This document shows, one piece after another, positions 1-13,031 of a stretch of DNA of 64,000 nucleotides (position 1 is the first letter of the stretch; the number at the start of each line of letters is the position of its first letter). The notes below the pieces were generated by a model. It was given only the letters and a program-made list of their open reading frames with translations. It ran no database searches and had not been told where the DNA came from. A program made the translations under genes and the position numbers. Source of the DNA: Microbotryum violaceum. Taxonomy: Eukaryota. The stretch is from assembly GCA_001244265.2 (NCBI GenBank), contig CDLV01000010.1, forward strand, positions 186,001 to 250,000. Reading direction: 5' to 3'.

Positions 1-122
1 CTCCGTCACCGCTGAACCCGAACCCCTTTGCACCACCGTCGGACGACGATCACCTTGCCCAACCCACGAATTCCCTTCCTCAATCGGCCCGTTCTACGAC
101 AACTCGAAATTAATCCCTACAG

Positions 123-591
123 TAAAAAGAATCAGGCCCCGGGCCAAAAAACACGCCGGTACACGCGCGACCTGGACCAAATCCACAATGACATGAAGGA
201 CGGCGGCAAGGCCAAGATGATCGATACGATGCAGCACAAGGATCTCGAGGATCTTCCCGGTGAGCTGCGATAAGGGATTGAAGCGTTCGAGCTTCGACTA
301 ATTATTATTCGACCCTCAGGCATGGCTCAACATCATTGCCTTTCGTGCGCAAGGTATTTCGCCGATGCGGTCTCGCTCGCGACGCACAAGACGTCCAAAC
401 CCCACAAGAGACGACTCAAGAAACTACAAAAGGAGCCTTACACCATCGAAGAATCACGACGAGCGGCTGGGCTCGGTGTCGACAAGGGAGCTTTCACCAA
501 GAGGAGAGAAGAAGCGGAGGCTGCTCAGGCCGCTCCAACCTCTGGGGTGGCGACGGCTGTGGGTGCTGGGACCAAGGAAATGCAGGAGTGA
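123..591 (+). CDS. BUD20: Bud20/ZNF593-like C2H2 zinc-finger 60S biogenesis factor (5' end probably outside the window)
   Basis: Exon 123-259 reads [16 protein letters not shown]...DLEDLP. After an intron from 260 (gtgagc...ctcag) it continues [51 protein letters not shown] to TGA at 589-591. These are the typical Bud20 motifs. Confidence 0.9.
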
Positions 592-692
592 TGTGACGAT
601 CCTCATCTTTTCTGTATTTCCGGTTGTACGATCTCGTGTTTTGTAACCACCACCGCAGTCTCTGTCCTCTCTCTTGATTCCGAGTTCGAGCG

Positions 693-730
693 TGAGCTCG
701 AGCTCGAGCTCGAGCTCGAGCTCGAGCTCA
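693..730. repeat. (GAGCTC)6 self-complementary hexamer repeat forming a perfect 38-bp palindrome
   Basis: tGAGCTCGAGCTCGAGCTCGAGCTCGAGCTCGAGCTCa lies between the convergent 3' ends of BUD20 and DCC1. Confidence 0.95.
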
Positions 731-772
731 AGAAACGGTAAGATTCTGCATTCATGCCAGTTCGTTACCACA

Positions 773-2265
773 TCAAGCCGCCACCGTCCATAAATTCCTC
801 GCACTCCACACCATCTTCCCATCCGCACCCTTGACTTTCCTCACAAACTTCATCACCAACGCATCCCTCTTCTTCTTGTCCCCCAAATCATCGATAAAAG
901 GGATCAGATCGTCGGCGAACCATTTCGGTCGGAGGGTGAAGAGCTCGGAAAAGCGCGTTGCGGGATCGGCGGAGAGGTGGGAGATGGGAAGGTAGGTAAT
1001 GGAAGGTGGGATTGCGTTGGGAGAAATGATGGAGGTGTTCTACGGGGTGAGGGGTTGAGTTGGGATGGGATTCCACTTTGAGATGAGCCGGTCTGGCACC
1101 GTGGTAGAAAGGACTTACGGTCAGGAGTGTAGGCGTGCAGAGAGATTCAAATTGATGGCATAAACTCTTCCATTTGCCAAGGAATGTATCCAGTCGTTGT
1201 CCGCCGTACTGTACAAATAATCGAGAACCCCTCAGCGTCAGAAAGCCGATTGATGGAAGAATTTTCCATCAACTGCAACTCACCCCTCCCTGAGCCAGTA
1301 ACACGATCCCGACTTCCCTAACCACCTCCTTCACCCTCAACACTGACCATCCACTCTTCTCCGCTGGTGTAGAGAACCAGTCCAAGACCTGTCTCGCCGC
1401 TTCGGTTCGACAATCACCCGCGGCGTCGAACGCTTCGAGCAATTCTTCGTCTTCGGCTTCGATGGTAATTGCCGACGTCGAGGTCGGGTCGAGGTACTTG
1501 GGCAGAGGGAGGGCTTGAAGGAGTGCTGGGAGTAGAGTTAATAGATAGGAGGTAGGGATGGACCGTAGGTGTGTGTCGAGGGTGACGATGCGTTGACGTG
1601 TGAGCGCGAGTCTGATCTCGGCGTCGGAAGCGGGCAAGAGAGAGCCTAACTCGCCGAACGTGTAGAGTTTCTATTCCGGGCGTCCAAATACGTGTCAGCA
1701 TTTCCAACAGCTTCGGTATTATTGCTCATGCACACACCTTGTTGACGGTTCCCTCCCTCTGTCGATCCTGCTCGCCATCCTCGCCTCTGTACTCGCTCCC
1801 CTTGACCAACTCCTTGAGCCTCTCCGTCTTGGCGACCGCCGGAACCAATTCCAACGTCTCATGCAACACCGTCTCGATCAAAATCTCCCCCTTCCCCTTC
1901 CTCTTCTTCCTCTTAGGTCCTTCCTCTTCCACCTCTCGATCGGATCCTAAATTCCCTTCCTGATCACTCCCCTCTTCTTCGTCCAACTCGAACCAACCCT
2001 TCTTCCCCCTCTCAGTGGCCGAACACAAACACAACGAATTGGAATTTTGCACCCCCCTCAACGAATACGTTTGGTCAGGCGTCACCAACACCGCAGCGTC
2101 CGTGGAATGCCCTCGGATCTCGAGGGTCGATCCGTGGGGGAGTGAAGTCGTTGCTTCGTCTGATGAGAGCAGGGCTAGTACCGAGGCGGGGAGAGAGAGG
2201 AGGGAGTAGGTCGGTGCGCTACGTTCGGGACGGGGAGTAACGAATGATACGAATCGGGTTGTCAT
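773..2265 (-). CDS. DCC1: Sister chromatid cohesion protein Dcc1 (Ctf18-RFC subunit), multi-exon
   Basis: N-terminus MTTRFVSF...YSLLSLPASVL...LEIRGHSTDAAVLVTPDQTYSLRGVQNSNSL. C-terminus LSADPATRFSELFTLRPKWFADDLIPFIDDL...DALVMKFVRK, with TGA at 775-773. Confidence 0.88.
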
Positions 2266-2340
2266 ACTTTGGCGTGGAGAGGGTAGGGTGTATTGCGGGA
2301 TGATGTGATGCGTGAAGGGACCGAACCGAGTGGAGGCGCG

Positions 2341-2351
2341 ACGCGACGCGT
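2341..2351. promoter_or_regulatory. Overlapping MCB-like elements (ACGCGACGCGT) upstream of DCC1
   Basis: ACGCGA plus ACGCGT lies about 80 bp upstream of the DCC1 ATG. MCB boxes are known G1/S elements in yeasts; function here is inferred. Confidence 0.4.
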
Positions 2352-2874
2352 TTGGTGCACGGACCCTCCAAGTCCGAGCTTCGATCAAAGTCGGCTGACC
2401 TGGCCCATCGACGGTCCGCACCTCAATCGTCACAGTATTGAGCAATGGCGGTTTAGGCACGCCTCGGAGAATTGATGACGGTTTTCGGTAGATTGCAACT
2501 GGTGTACCGCCGGATTCGAGCTCGCCCGTCGGTGCGCGCAGCTGCAGTGGCGAACGATTTAGAAACGGCTGTACGCAGAGCGTCAACGGGTGCCGTGCGG
2601 GCGATCTCGACTTAGGTGAGACAGACTGAAGGTTGCCAACAGCTAACCGCCAAGCTCTCCGAGGAATGGCATAAGCCAGATGACGTCTCCGCGGCCCGGG
2701 TTCTTCACGGCAGCGCACCCGAGAGAGCATACAAGTACAAGTAGGAGCCCAGGTGTCTCACCTCCACTGCACCGAGATCGACTTGATCGCCTTTCAACCG
2801 ACAAGATAAGTTGAGCCCGAACCATGACCATACCTTCTTTTTCTTCTTCCGTACCGACACACCACTTTTCGAAC

Positions 2875-4442
2875 ATGCGTCTCAGCTCGCTCCTCTGCAC
2901 ACTCAGCGTGATCGCGACGACAACGCCACTGGCAGCGCTCGTCTCCGCTTCAGGCTTCACCAAAGTCAACCTCCTTAATCGTACACATCGCGCCACACAT
3001 GCCATATCAGCCGGTAGGGGCGACTCAATCCCGTGTGGAACCAACGGTGGCCCTGATCCCGAGGTTGAGAAGCTCATGTACATAACTTGCGACAAACTCC
3101 TTCGGTTTGAAGCAAAACCCTGACTCGGCGTACACCGCTCTTCTCTCACAGCTCGGTCCAAGTCGCCAAGCTCAACGCCAAGACCGAACTCGAGGCAAGG
3201 AAAACGTCCACGTTCGGGAATTCGACCTTTCAAACGTTTTGCCCGGCAGTGCATAACCACCCCATTACTTACATAAAAGTGTACTGGCACCAGATCGTCG
3301 TAGACAAGAGTAAGCTCGACGCCTTCCCACGACCCGGTCTCGATCGAGCTGAATTTCACTGATTGTCTTGCCTTTTCATCCCTGACAGCTCCAAAGGGAG
3401 GTCTCCTATCCCAGAATAGGCTCAATAGTCAAATCAATGTCGTAAATCATTTCTTTGGCAACAATAGCTTCCCCTTTCGTCTTCGTCTCAATCCTCAAGA
3501 CGTTGCGGTCGTTCTCGCTGCTAACACGAGCCAGAACTACTTTGTGGATGGTCAAGCCGACGTCAATTTCAAAAAGCCATTACGACGAGGCACCGGGACG
3601 GACCTTAATGTATATTCCGTCATGAGTATGGGGCTTTTGCAGGGTGAGTTTAGGGTTGTTTTGAGCTCTTCGCAAAACCGTACTTTGAGAGATGCCGAGG
3701 GTTAATTCCAACATCTCTCCTGTTGCGATAGGTTGGGCAACCTACCCTTGGCGTTACGCGAACGGAAGTGAGGACGCTAAAGCGATGGACGGCGCGACGC
3801 TCGTTACTACTGCTATTGGACCAGACCCGGACGCCATCGCGCAAGGTCGACCTACGGCGGAGGGCAAGATACTGGCACAGTCAGTTCATCTCTGCTCGCT
3901 CCCCATCTGGATCTTGCTCGGGGACTAATCTCGCTTCCCTTCCATCCACCCCCTTTTCTTCCCATAGTGAAGCACTCCACTGGCTTGGCGGTCTCTTTCA
4001 TACCTTCCAAGGCAACAATTGCTCAGGGGAGGGCGACTACGTCGCCGATACTCGTCCTCAGAGCGCCTCAGCGAACGGTAAATGCCCGGGCCCTGGAACA
4101 AGATTCCAATTGTCCTGTTCGGCGACCGCATCGGAGACACCACAGAGCCTGCAGTACGCTTTCGATAACTATAACAATATCAGTAAGTAACATCGTAGTC
4201 CGAACATATCACACTATTCGAGGAGGAGTCTCCGAAGCTCCCATATCGGGCGTTTGATCTTGTCCGCTTAGGAGTTGCCTATCCCCTTCGTGAACCCCTC
4301 TTTCCGATGCTTGAAACTGACCCGCCTCCGTCCTTGATGATCCACAGTGGACTATTCAGGCGAAGGCTGCATGGCCAAGATTACCTGCGGTCAAATGACC
4401 CGCGCCATCGCGATGTGGAACCATTACCGTGTCGGTACATGA
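2875..4442 (+). CDS. Secreted M43 (pappalysin-family) zinc metalloprotease, 6 exons
   Basis: Signal peptide MRLSSLLCTLSVIATTTPLAALVSA, then IPCGT, IKVYWHQI, LRRGTGTDLNVY, GWATYPW, spliced HEALHWLGGLFHTFQG, GDYVADT and the Met-turn NIMDYSGEGCM...GQMTR. TGA at 4440-4442; the frame is intact across all predicted introns. Confidence 0.88.
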
Positions 4443-5175
4443 GTGTCACCATCAACTTCTTCGTCGCCCAGCGACATATAACGGATGGCGGGCCATCCCG
4501 ATGCAAAGAATGATTCATCATGTAGATCAGATCATTTTCTGTACACCCGGTCATGTTTGTTTTCCCCTATGTGTTTACTATGTGTTACATAGTTTGGAAA
4601 GAGAACGGGATCCTTGTCGTTTTTTTTCCTCTGCTACCTTTGAGAGCTCGGGCCGATCGTACGTGCGCATCCCAAACGTTGCGGTACAACGTTGAAAACT
4701 CCCTGCTGCTCTTCAAGAGTAGTAAAGTTCAATGCTCAGAGCGCGAAACTAATGCCTGCCAGAACATGAATCACAGTATGAACCAGGTGGCCCCAGCTCA
4801 TCACCGAAAATGAGCTCAAAGCAGCAAAGCCCTCAACGCGAGGAAATCAAACTTCCCACTTCACTTGCGCCGCGACCGAAGACCAGCCCATGACCCACAT
4901 TACAGTCTGTTGGCATTTAGTGATCGGCGACATGAGCAAGTCCGTCTGAGAGACTTTACGCACCGTGCTTCGCGAATGAAGGTATGACCAAAGATAGGAG
5001 CCGAATACTGTGGAATCTCGAAGAGTTTCCCATTAGAAAACTTGAGCCATCATATCTTGGATACACGCATTGCGAGAGGCAAACACAACAAACAAAAAAA
5101 ACAAAACAAAAAAACACCAAACGAACACACAAACAAGTCCAAAACATATCCCTAAGCCTCCCCTCTTCCTCGTAC

Positions 5176-7160
<1,985 letters not shown>

Positions 7161-7343
7161 CCCGACGCCCGGGAGAGGTGGGAACACGTCGTCGACGGGT
7201 GGAGCGGCGCGAGTGGAGCGAACGAGTGCGGCGGAAGGCCCCAAGCTAGGCGAACGTCACCAGCGTCACGTGTGGGGGCGGGGCTTGAGTTTTTTTTTTT
7301 ACCTACCCTTGATCTGTCCAGACTGACGTGAAGGATTTCTACA

Positions 7344-7515
7344 TAGTTCCGTTTGAAGATGTAATTTAATCGAATTTAACCGGCAAGCTGCAGTAGTTCC
7401 GTTTGAAGATGTAATTTATTTTTTTCCCAAGCAGTTGGACTTGTCGTACAGAGGTCTCGGTGATCTCCTTTTACTCGTACGGCTGAATCATCGAATTTAA
7501 CCGGCAAGCTGCAGT
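7344..7515. repeat. Interleaved direct repeats A-B-A...B in the CDK8/pyruvate kinase divergent intergenic region
   Basis: A = TAGTTCCGTTTGAAGATGTAATTTA at 7344-7368 and 7394-7418. B = ATCGAATTTAACCGGCAAGCTGCAGT at 7369-7394 and 7490-7515. Copies are exact. Confidence 0.9.
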
Positions 7516-7912
7516 GGTGAGCGCAGTTTGGGTCGTAAGCCATGGGACCGACAGCACAGATACACATTCAAGGCCGAATTTGAGGAGGGGGTGGGGATGA
7601 AACTCGACTCTGAGAGACAGAAGAACAGGCTCCAGCCCGTTCGGAGGATGTTGTCGACTAGTAGAGGTCCGAGCTCAAAACCCCGACCGTCACGATCGAC
7701 CATCTTTTGACGGCGGAGTTGAAATCGATCAAGAGCTCTGAGCCAGCCTCTGCCGCCAGACTCGCTGAGCCGACTGAGGCGGAAGCGCGCCGCCGCTGCT
7801 GCTGCTGCTCGGTCACTACGTGCAGAGAGGGCTCTTTGACCTCCGTGCCCCATCTGCTCTCGGTGGTTTTTATTGATCGTTTCCCCGCTTCCAAACCCCA
7901 TTCTTCTTTGTC

Positions 7913-10440
7913 ATGCTGAACGTTGATTCGGTAGGTTGCACCTTGTGAACCTCTCCTTCGTTAAGCTCTGCGCTAACCCACTCCTCCTCCCACCGCCTCC
8001 GCCTTGGTCTTATCGTCTCGCGTCCCACCCGGCCGGACCCAAACCGAATCGATCTCGCACACCCGTTCCGCAACCCAACACCCCGACTCGAACTCGCATC
8101 GCACGTCCGCCAGGTCTCGAGCCAGTTGGAATGGCTGACGACCCTGTCGATCCCCCCCAAGGTCGAGGCTGGTCTGACGGGCAAGAACTTGCGCAAGGTG
8201 AGTTACTTTATGAGTTACTGCAGTTACTGCATTGGGCGTGTTCGTGGTCGTGTTCGTGGTGATCGTCACCGCTCGGTCCAATCGATGCGAGACCGCGCGC
8301 GCGTCTGCCTTTCGTTGGGTCCTAAACCACACATCAGAACGAGCAGGCCACCAGTCACCTCTTCCCAGGTCCAGCTACCCTATCGATCAAAGCGCAGTAC
8401 TGACATGCATACTCCACCCATGAACAGACCTCGATTATTGCGACCATCGGTACGCTCACATCTCAGCTCCGCAACCCGAGTCTCTCGGTCAACCCCCTGT
8501 CTTTTCCGCGGCTCTGACATGCTTTCCCACCCCTTTCCAACAGGGCCCAAGACCAACAGTGTCGAGATGATCTCCAAATTGCGCACCGCCGGTGTCAATG
8601 TCGGTCAGTCCACCTTCACCTCTCCCCTCGACGATCCCTTTCCCGTCTCCGCAGCCCCACTTTTCCTGGCTATCCTCGGACACTCTCTTCAGGGCGGTGA
8701 ACTGACCTTGCTTCGACCCTCACCATTTCGTTACCAGTCCGAATGAACTTTTCTCACGGCTCGTACGAGTACCATCAATCCGTCATTGACAACACCCGCA
8801 AGGCCGAAGCCAGTACGTGTCCCTCGACCGAGGCCAACCGAGAATTCCCTGACTGACCTTCTTCTTGCTCTTTGTCGTCCAGGTGCCGAGGGTCGTCCTT
8901 TGGCCATCGCTCTCGACACTGTAAGTTTTGCAACGAAATATTGCGCGGACGAAGCATGTGAACTGAATCCGACTTGAAAAAACCCTTGACGCCCGGTCAA
9001 ACAGAAAGGTCCCGAGATCCGAACGGGCAACATGGTCAACGACGAGGATGTAAGTGTAAAGAGCGCTTGATCTACCAGACTGGATCTGACCCACACTGCA
9101 TCCTTTCCCGAAATACCAGGTCAAGATCCCCGCCGGTCACCGAATGCTCTTCTCGACCGACCCCAAGTACGCCACCGCCTGCACCGACAAGGTCTACTTC
9201 ATCGACTACGCGAACCTGCCCAAGGTGATCGAGGTCGGCAAGCCCATCTACATCGACGACGGTGTCATGTCGTTCCGCGTCCTCTCGATCGAAGGCACCA
9301 ACGTCCACGTCGAGGCCATCAACGCCGGTACGCTTTCAAGCAAGAAGGGCGTCAACTTGCCCGGCACGGACGTCGACTTGCCGGCCATCTCGCAAAAGGA
9401 CAAGGACGACCTCTCGTTCGGTGTCAAGAACGGCGTCGATATGGTCTTTGCCTCGTTCATCCGTCGCGGCCAGGACGTCAAGGACATCCGCGCCCACCTT
9501 GGCGAGGCCGGCAAGAACATCAAGATCATCGTCAAGATTGAGAACTTGCAAGGTGTCGCCAACTTTGACGAGATCCTCAAAGAGACCGACGGTGTTATGG
9601 TCGCGCGTGGTGACCTCGGTATCGAAATCCCGGCTTCGCAGGTCTTTATGGCCCAAAAGATGATGATCGCAAAGTGCAACCTCGCGGGCAAGCCTTCGAT
9701 TTGCGCGACGCAGATGCTCGAGTCCATGACCGTAAGTTCTTTGTCTGGCCTTTTAAGGTTCTTTTCTTTGCCCGGAAGCCTGACCTCAACATGGACCATC
9801 ACAGTACAACCCCCGACCGACGCGTGCCGAAGTGTCGGACGTCGCCAACGCCGTCATCGACGGTGCCGACTGCGTTATGCTGTCCGGTGAGACGGCCAAG
9901 GGGACCTACCCGATCGCCGCGGTCGAGATGATGGCCGAGACGTGCTTCCTCGCCGAATCGGCCATTTGCTACCCTCCCTTGTTCAACGAGATCCGCAACC
10001 TCGCCTTCCGACCGACCGCGACCTCCGAGACCGTCGCCATGTCCGCCGTCGCCGCCGCGCTCGAACAGAACGCCGGTGCCATCTTGGTCATGTCCACCTC
10101 GGGCAACACGGCTCGTTTGATCTCCAAGTATCGTCCCCCTTGCCCCGTCATCACCATCACGCGCAACGCCCAGACCGCGCGTCAAGTGCACTTGCATCGC
10201 GGTTGCTACCCGATGCTGTACGAGGAACCCCGACCTTCCTCGAACGAAGGGTGGCAAACGGACATTGACAACCGTATTCGATACGGTCTGTCCAAGGCTT
10301 TGGAGTTGGGCGTCTTGAAGAAGGGGGACACGATCGTCGCGATCCAAGGATGGAGGGCCGGCGGAGGCTCGTCCAACACCATGAGGGTGCTGAGCGTCCC
10401 GACCCACGACGATGGTTTCACCCTCAAGCCCGTCGATTAG
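7913..10440 (+). CDS. CDC19: Pyruvate kinase, multi-exon
   Basis: [14 protein letters not shown]...[50 protein letters not shown]...[54 protein letters not shown] at 10438-10440. Confidence 0.97.
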
Positions 10441-10933
10441 ATACGGGGAAAGGTCTTATCGAGATGAGAGTCAAGGATATCAAGGGCCTTTCATACTTTT
10501 TTTGTGTTTATCTCTTTTTACGTGTGTGTTTATTTTCCCCCCTCTTCTTCCCGACGTCACAAAGGCGGTTCCATGTTCAGTTTTGCGCGCGCTCGACTTC
10601 CCTTCTCTTTCTTCTACGAGATAACTTTCCTCTTTTGCATTCCGATTATAGACGTGATCAATTGAACACATTCTCCCCAAAGCTAACTACCATGCCGTGA
10701 ATCTTTGCAGAAGTGGTGAGAACTCTAGGCCTTAGGCTGGTGACGTTCAGTGCAATTCTCCCTAACAATCACACTCCGTAGGGAGGGAGACCTCGAGTCG
10801 TCATTCTCATCGTGTCACTTTGTACAGTTCGTCAAAGATCAGCATCTGAATGTCTACACTACGGCCTGAGGTACGAGAAAACCAACCTCCGTAATAAACC
10901 AACGCTACCCTCCCTCGACGCCGAAATCTAAAT

Positions 10934-12637
10934 CTAAACAAACGACCCCAACCCGATCGTATCTAACAAAACTCCTAAGCCCTCTCTAATCCCCATTCGA
11001 GTTCGCTCACCCTCAAAGCTCTCCCCACCCATTCCCCCCTTCCGATTCCCCACCTCCGCCTCCGCCTCCGAGTCCTCATCAACGGGCCCACCGTGCCTAA
11101 CCCCCGTACTAGAAACCTTCTTCTCCAATCGTTTACCAACCTCATACCTCTCCAATTTCGGATCCTCCAATTCCCACCTCAACCTTTCCAAATTCCCACT
11201 CGATTTAGCACGATAATAAGCCGTCAACTCTCCCGTTTCGGACCAGGCACCTTCGTTGAGTACGTCGATAGGTTCGAGGTGGTGGGATACTACTAATGAG
11301 TCCGAGCTTTTTAAAGTTGTCATAAGGGTTGAGCTGGGATCACCTGCTTTAATGACGTTACCAGTTGAGATGGAGGCGGAGGAGGGTGAGAAGTTTTGTT
11401 GGCGCGATAGGTAGTAGTCGTCAAAGAGATGGGAAAGTGAATGATGGGACGTGACCCTTGAAATGGGTAAAGATTTTATGGTCGGTGTTGATGGTTCGGA
11501 AGTTCTGGGATCGACGAATGACGGATCCTTAGAACGATTCTTCTGCTGCGTTGATCGTTTAGAGTCGAAAGAAGATGACCAAGGCCATTCGAGGACGGAT
11601 TCGACGAGAGAAAAGACGCCCAGTTTATCTTGCGCTGACAAGACTTGATGGGTGAGAACGTCGGGGTCATCTAGATCGATGCCTAGGAGTTCGGCATCGT
11701 GTTCGGCTTGGGCTCGAGTTGACACCCCTTTCGAAAGATGAGGAAGGGGTTCGAGTCGACTCATTCGATTGATTGGAGAGGTTGGTGTTGAAGAAGGGCG
11801 AGATCGAGGTTTTGAAAGGATGGGACTGGTCGGTCGAGAAGAAGTGTAGTCGAAATCGAGGGCATGGTCCTCGCAATTTTCGAAAGGGTCATGGAAGACC
11901 GATAGGGAAGATTTGTTCCTCGTCGGTCCCCAAGGTCGATCCCTGTTGGCAGCACTGGTAGAGATGTGCAATCCTTTTCGACCTTGTTCCTCGTCCGAAC
12001 TGTCATCACCGTCTTCGTCGTTCCCATGACGACGTTCAAGAAGAGGAGACCTCCTCGTTCCATCTCCGTCGTGTGGGGCCCCCTCCATCTCGCGTGAACC
12101 CGCTTCGCCGAGCGTATGATCACTACTCGTATGCTCCGTCGTCCACCTCCCAAACGTCGTCGCCCTCTTTCCCAACCTTTCCAACCAATTACCCTGCTCA
12201 TGAGCCGCCAAAGCCCCGCTCGAAAAGGACGATAGGGATCGATACATCGACGTATCACTCGTCGTCGTCGTCGTCGTCGTCGTTGTGACGACGTGGTTGG
12301 GTTCAAAAGGATCCGCTTCAAAGCCACGACTAGAATAGTGTGTACGTGATGATGGGGTGAAAGTCGTCATTGATTTGGAACGACCCTGTTGAGCCAAAGT
12401 TCCGGGTGGTCGTGTACCAATCGTTGCGACGGTTTGAGAGGGTAGCGATGACAGTGACTCGTCCTCCGGGGACGCCGAGACCGAATCATGTTGATCAGGC
12501 TGGACCCCAACATCTGCCACCGCCAGCGCCACATTCGCCGTCGCCGACTCGGACGGCGAGAGAGGTGAAAAGGATGTCGCTAGTGCGGCTGTAGAATGGG
12601 ATCGTTGGGATCGTTCGAGCTGGTCAGACGAGGGCAT
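10934..12637 (-). CDS. Hypothetical single-exon Ser/Thr-rich, probably disordered protein (567 aa)
   Basis: An uninterrupted 1.7-kb ATG-initiated ORF with a poly-Thr tract fills the gap between pyruvate kinase and HSE1. No recognisable domain. Confidence 0.7.
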   Translation of the reverse strand: MPSSDQLERSQRSHSTAALATSFSPLSPSESATANVALAVADVGVQPDQHDSVSASPEDESLSSLPSQTVATIGTRPPGTLAQQGRSKSMTTFTPSSRTHYSSRGFEADPFEPNHVVTTTTTTTTTSDTSMYRSLSSFSSGALAAHEQGNWLERLGKRATTFGRWTTEHTSSDHTLGEAGSREMEGAPHDGDGTRRSPLLERRHGNDEDGDDSSDEEQGRKGLHISTSAANRDRPWGPTRNKSSLSVFHDPFENCEDHALDFDYTSSRPTSPILSKPRSRPSSTPTSPINRMSRLEPLPHLSKGVSTRAQAEHDAELLGIDLDDPDVLTHQVLSAQDKLGVFSLVESVLEWPWSSSFDSKRSTQQKNRSKDPSFVDPRTSEPSTPTIKSLPISRVTSHHSLSHLFDDYYLSRQQNFSPSSASISTGNVIKAGDPSSTLMTTLKSSDSLVVSHHLEPIDVLNEGAWSETGELTAYYRAKSSGNLERLRWELEDPKLERYEVGKRLEKKVSSTGVRHGGPVDEDSEAEAEVGNRKGGMGGESFEGERTRMGIREGLGVLLDTIGLGSFV

Positions 12638-13031
12638 TGGTGTGATTAGAGCTTGAGGGTGAGTAATCGATCGGCGGAGGTCAAGCCGGTCGAAGCTGTG
12701 GTACCATCGGGAGCATGCGGGCCGGTCCGGTGGGGGAACCCCAATTTTCGGTAACGGCTCTGGCCGGATCGGAGGTAGAATTTAAGACGATCCAAAAAAC
12801 ACTGTGGGTCATACTTGTTCGGGGAGATGGATAATCAAGATGATTGGAATCGTCATCAAACGCGCTAGATTGAAAACACGGCCGTGACAGGGTTTTTCCC
12901 AGCGCACCGCCAGGCTCAACTCCTCCCTCAACCCCTCCCGGCAACCTCTCCCAACGCCGCCAGGAACTCCACAAAGGGCATTAAACAAAAGCATGAATTC
13001 CCCAAGTCAAAAATAAACTACACACCAAAGC

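Noticed and set aside
2643..3425. 260-aa minus-strand ORF
   Set aside because: It is antisense to the well-supported M43 protease exons, has a non-ATG start and shows no recognisable motifs.
7344..7515. 25-26-bp direct repeats as a CRISPR-like array
   Set aside because: Only two copies of each unit, no regular spacers, no cas genes, and the context is eukaryotic.
9248..10407. Long antisense and alternative-frame ORFs over pyruvate kinase (likewise over histones, ubiquitin and HSE1)
   Set aside because: Expected shadow ORFs from C/G-ending codon bias; no independent protein motifs.
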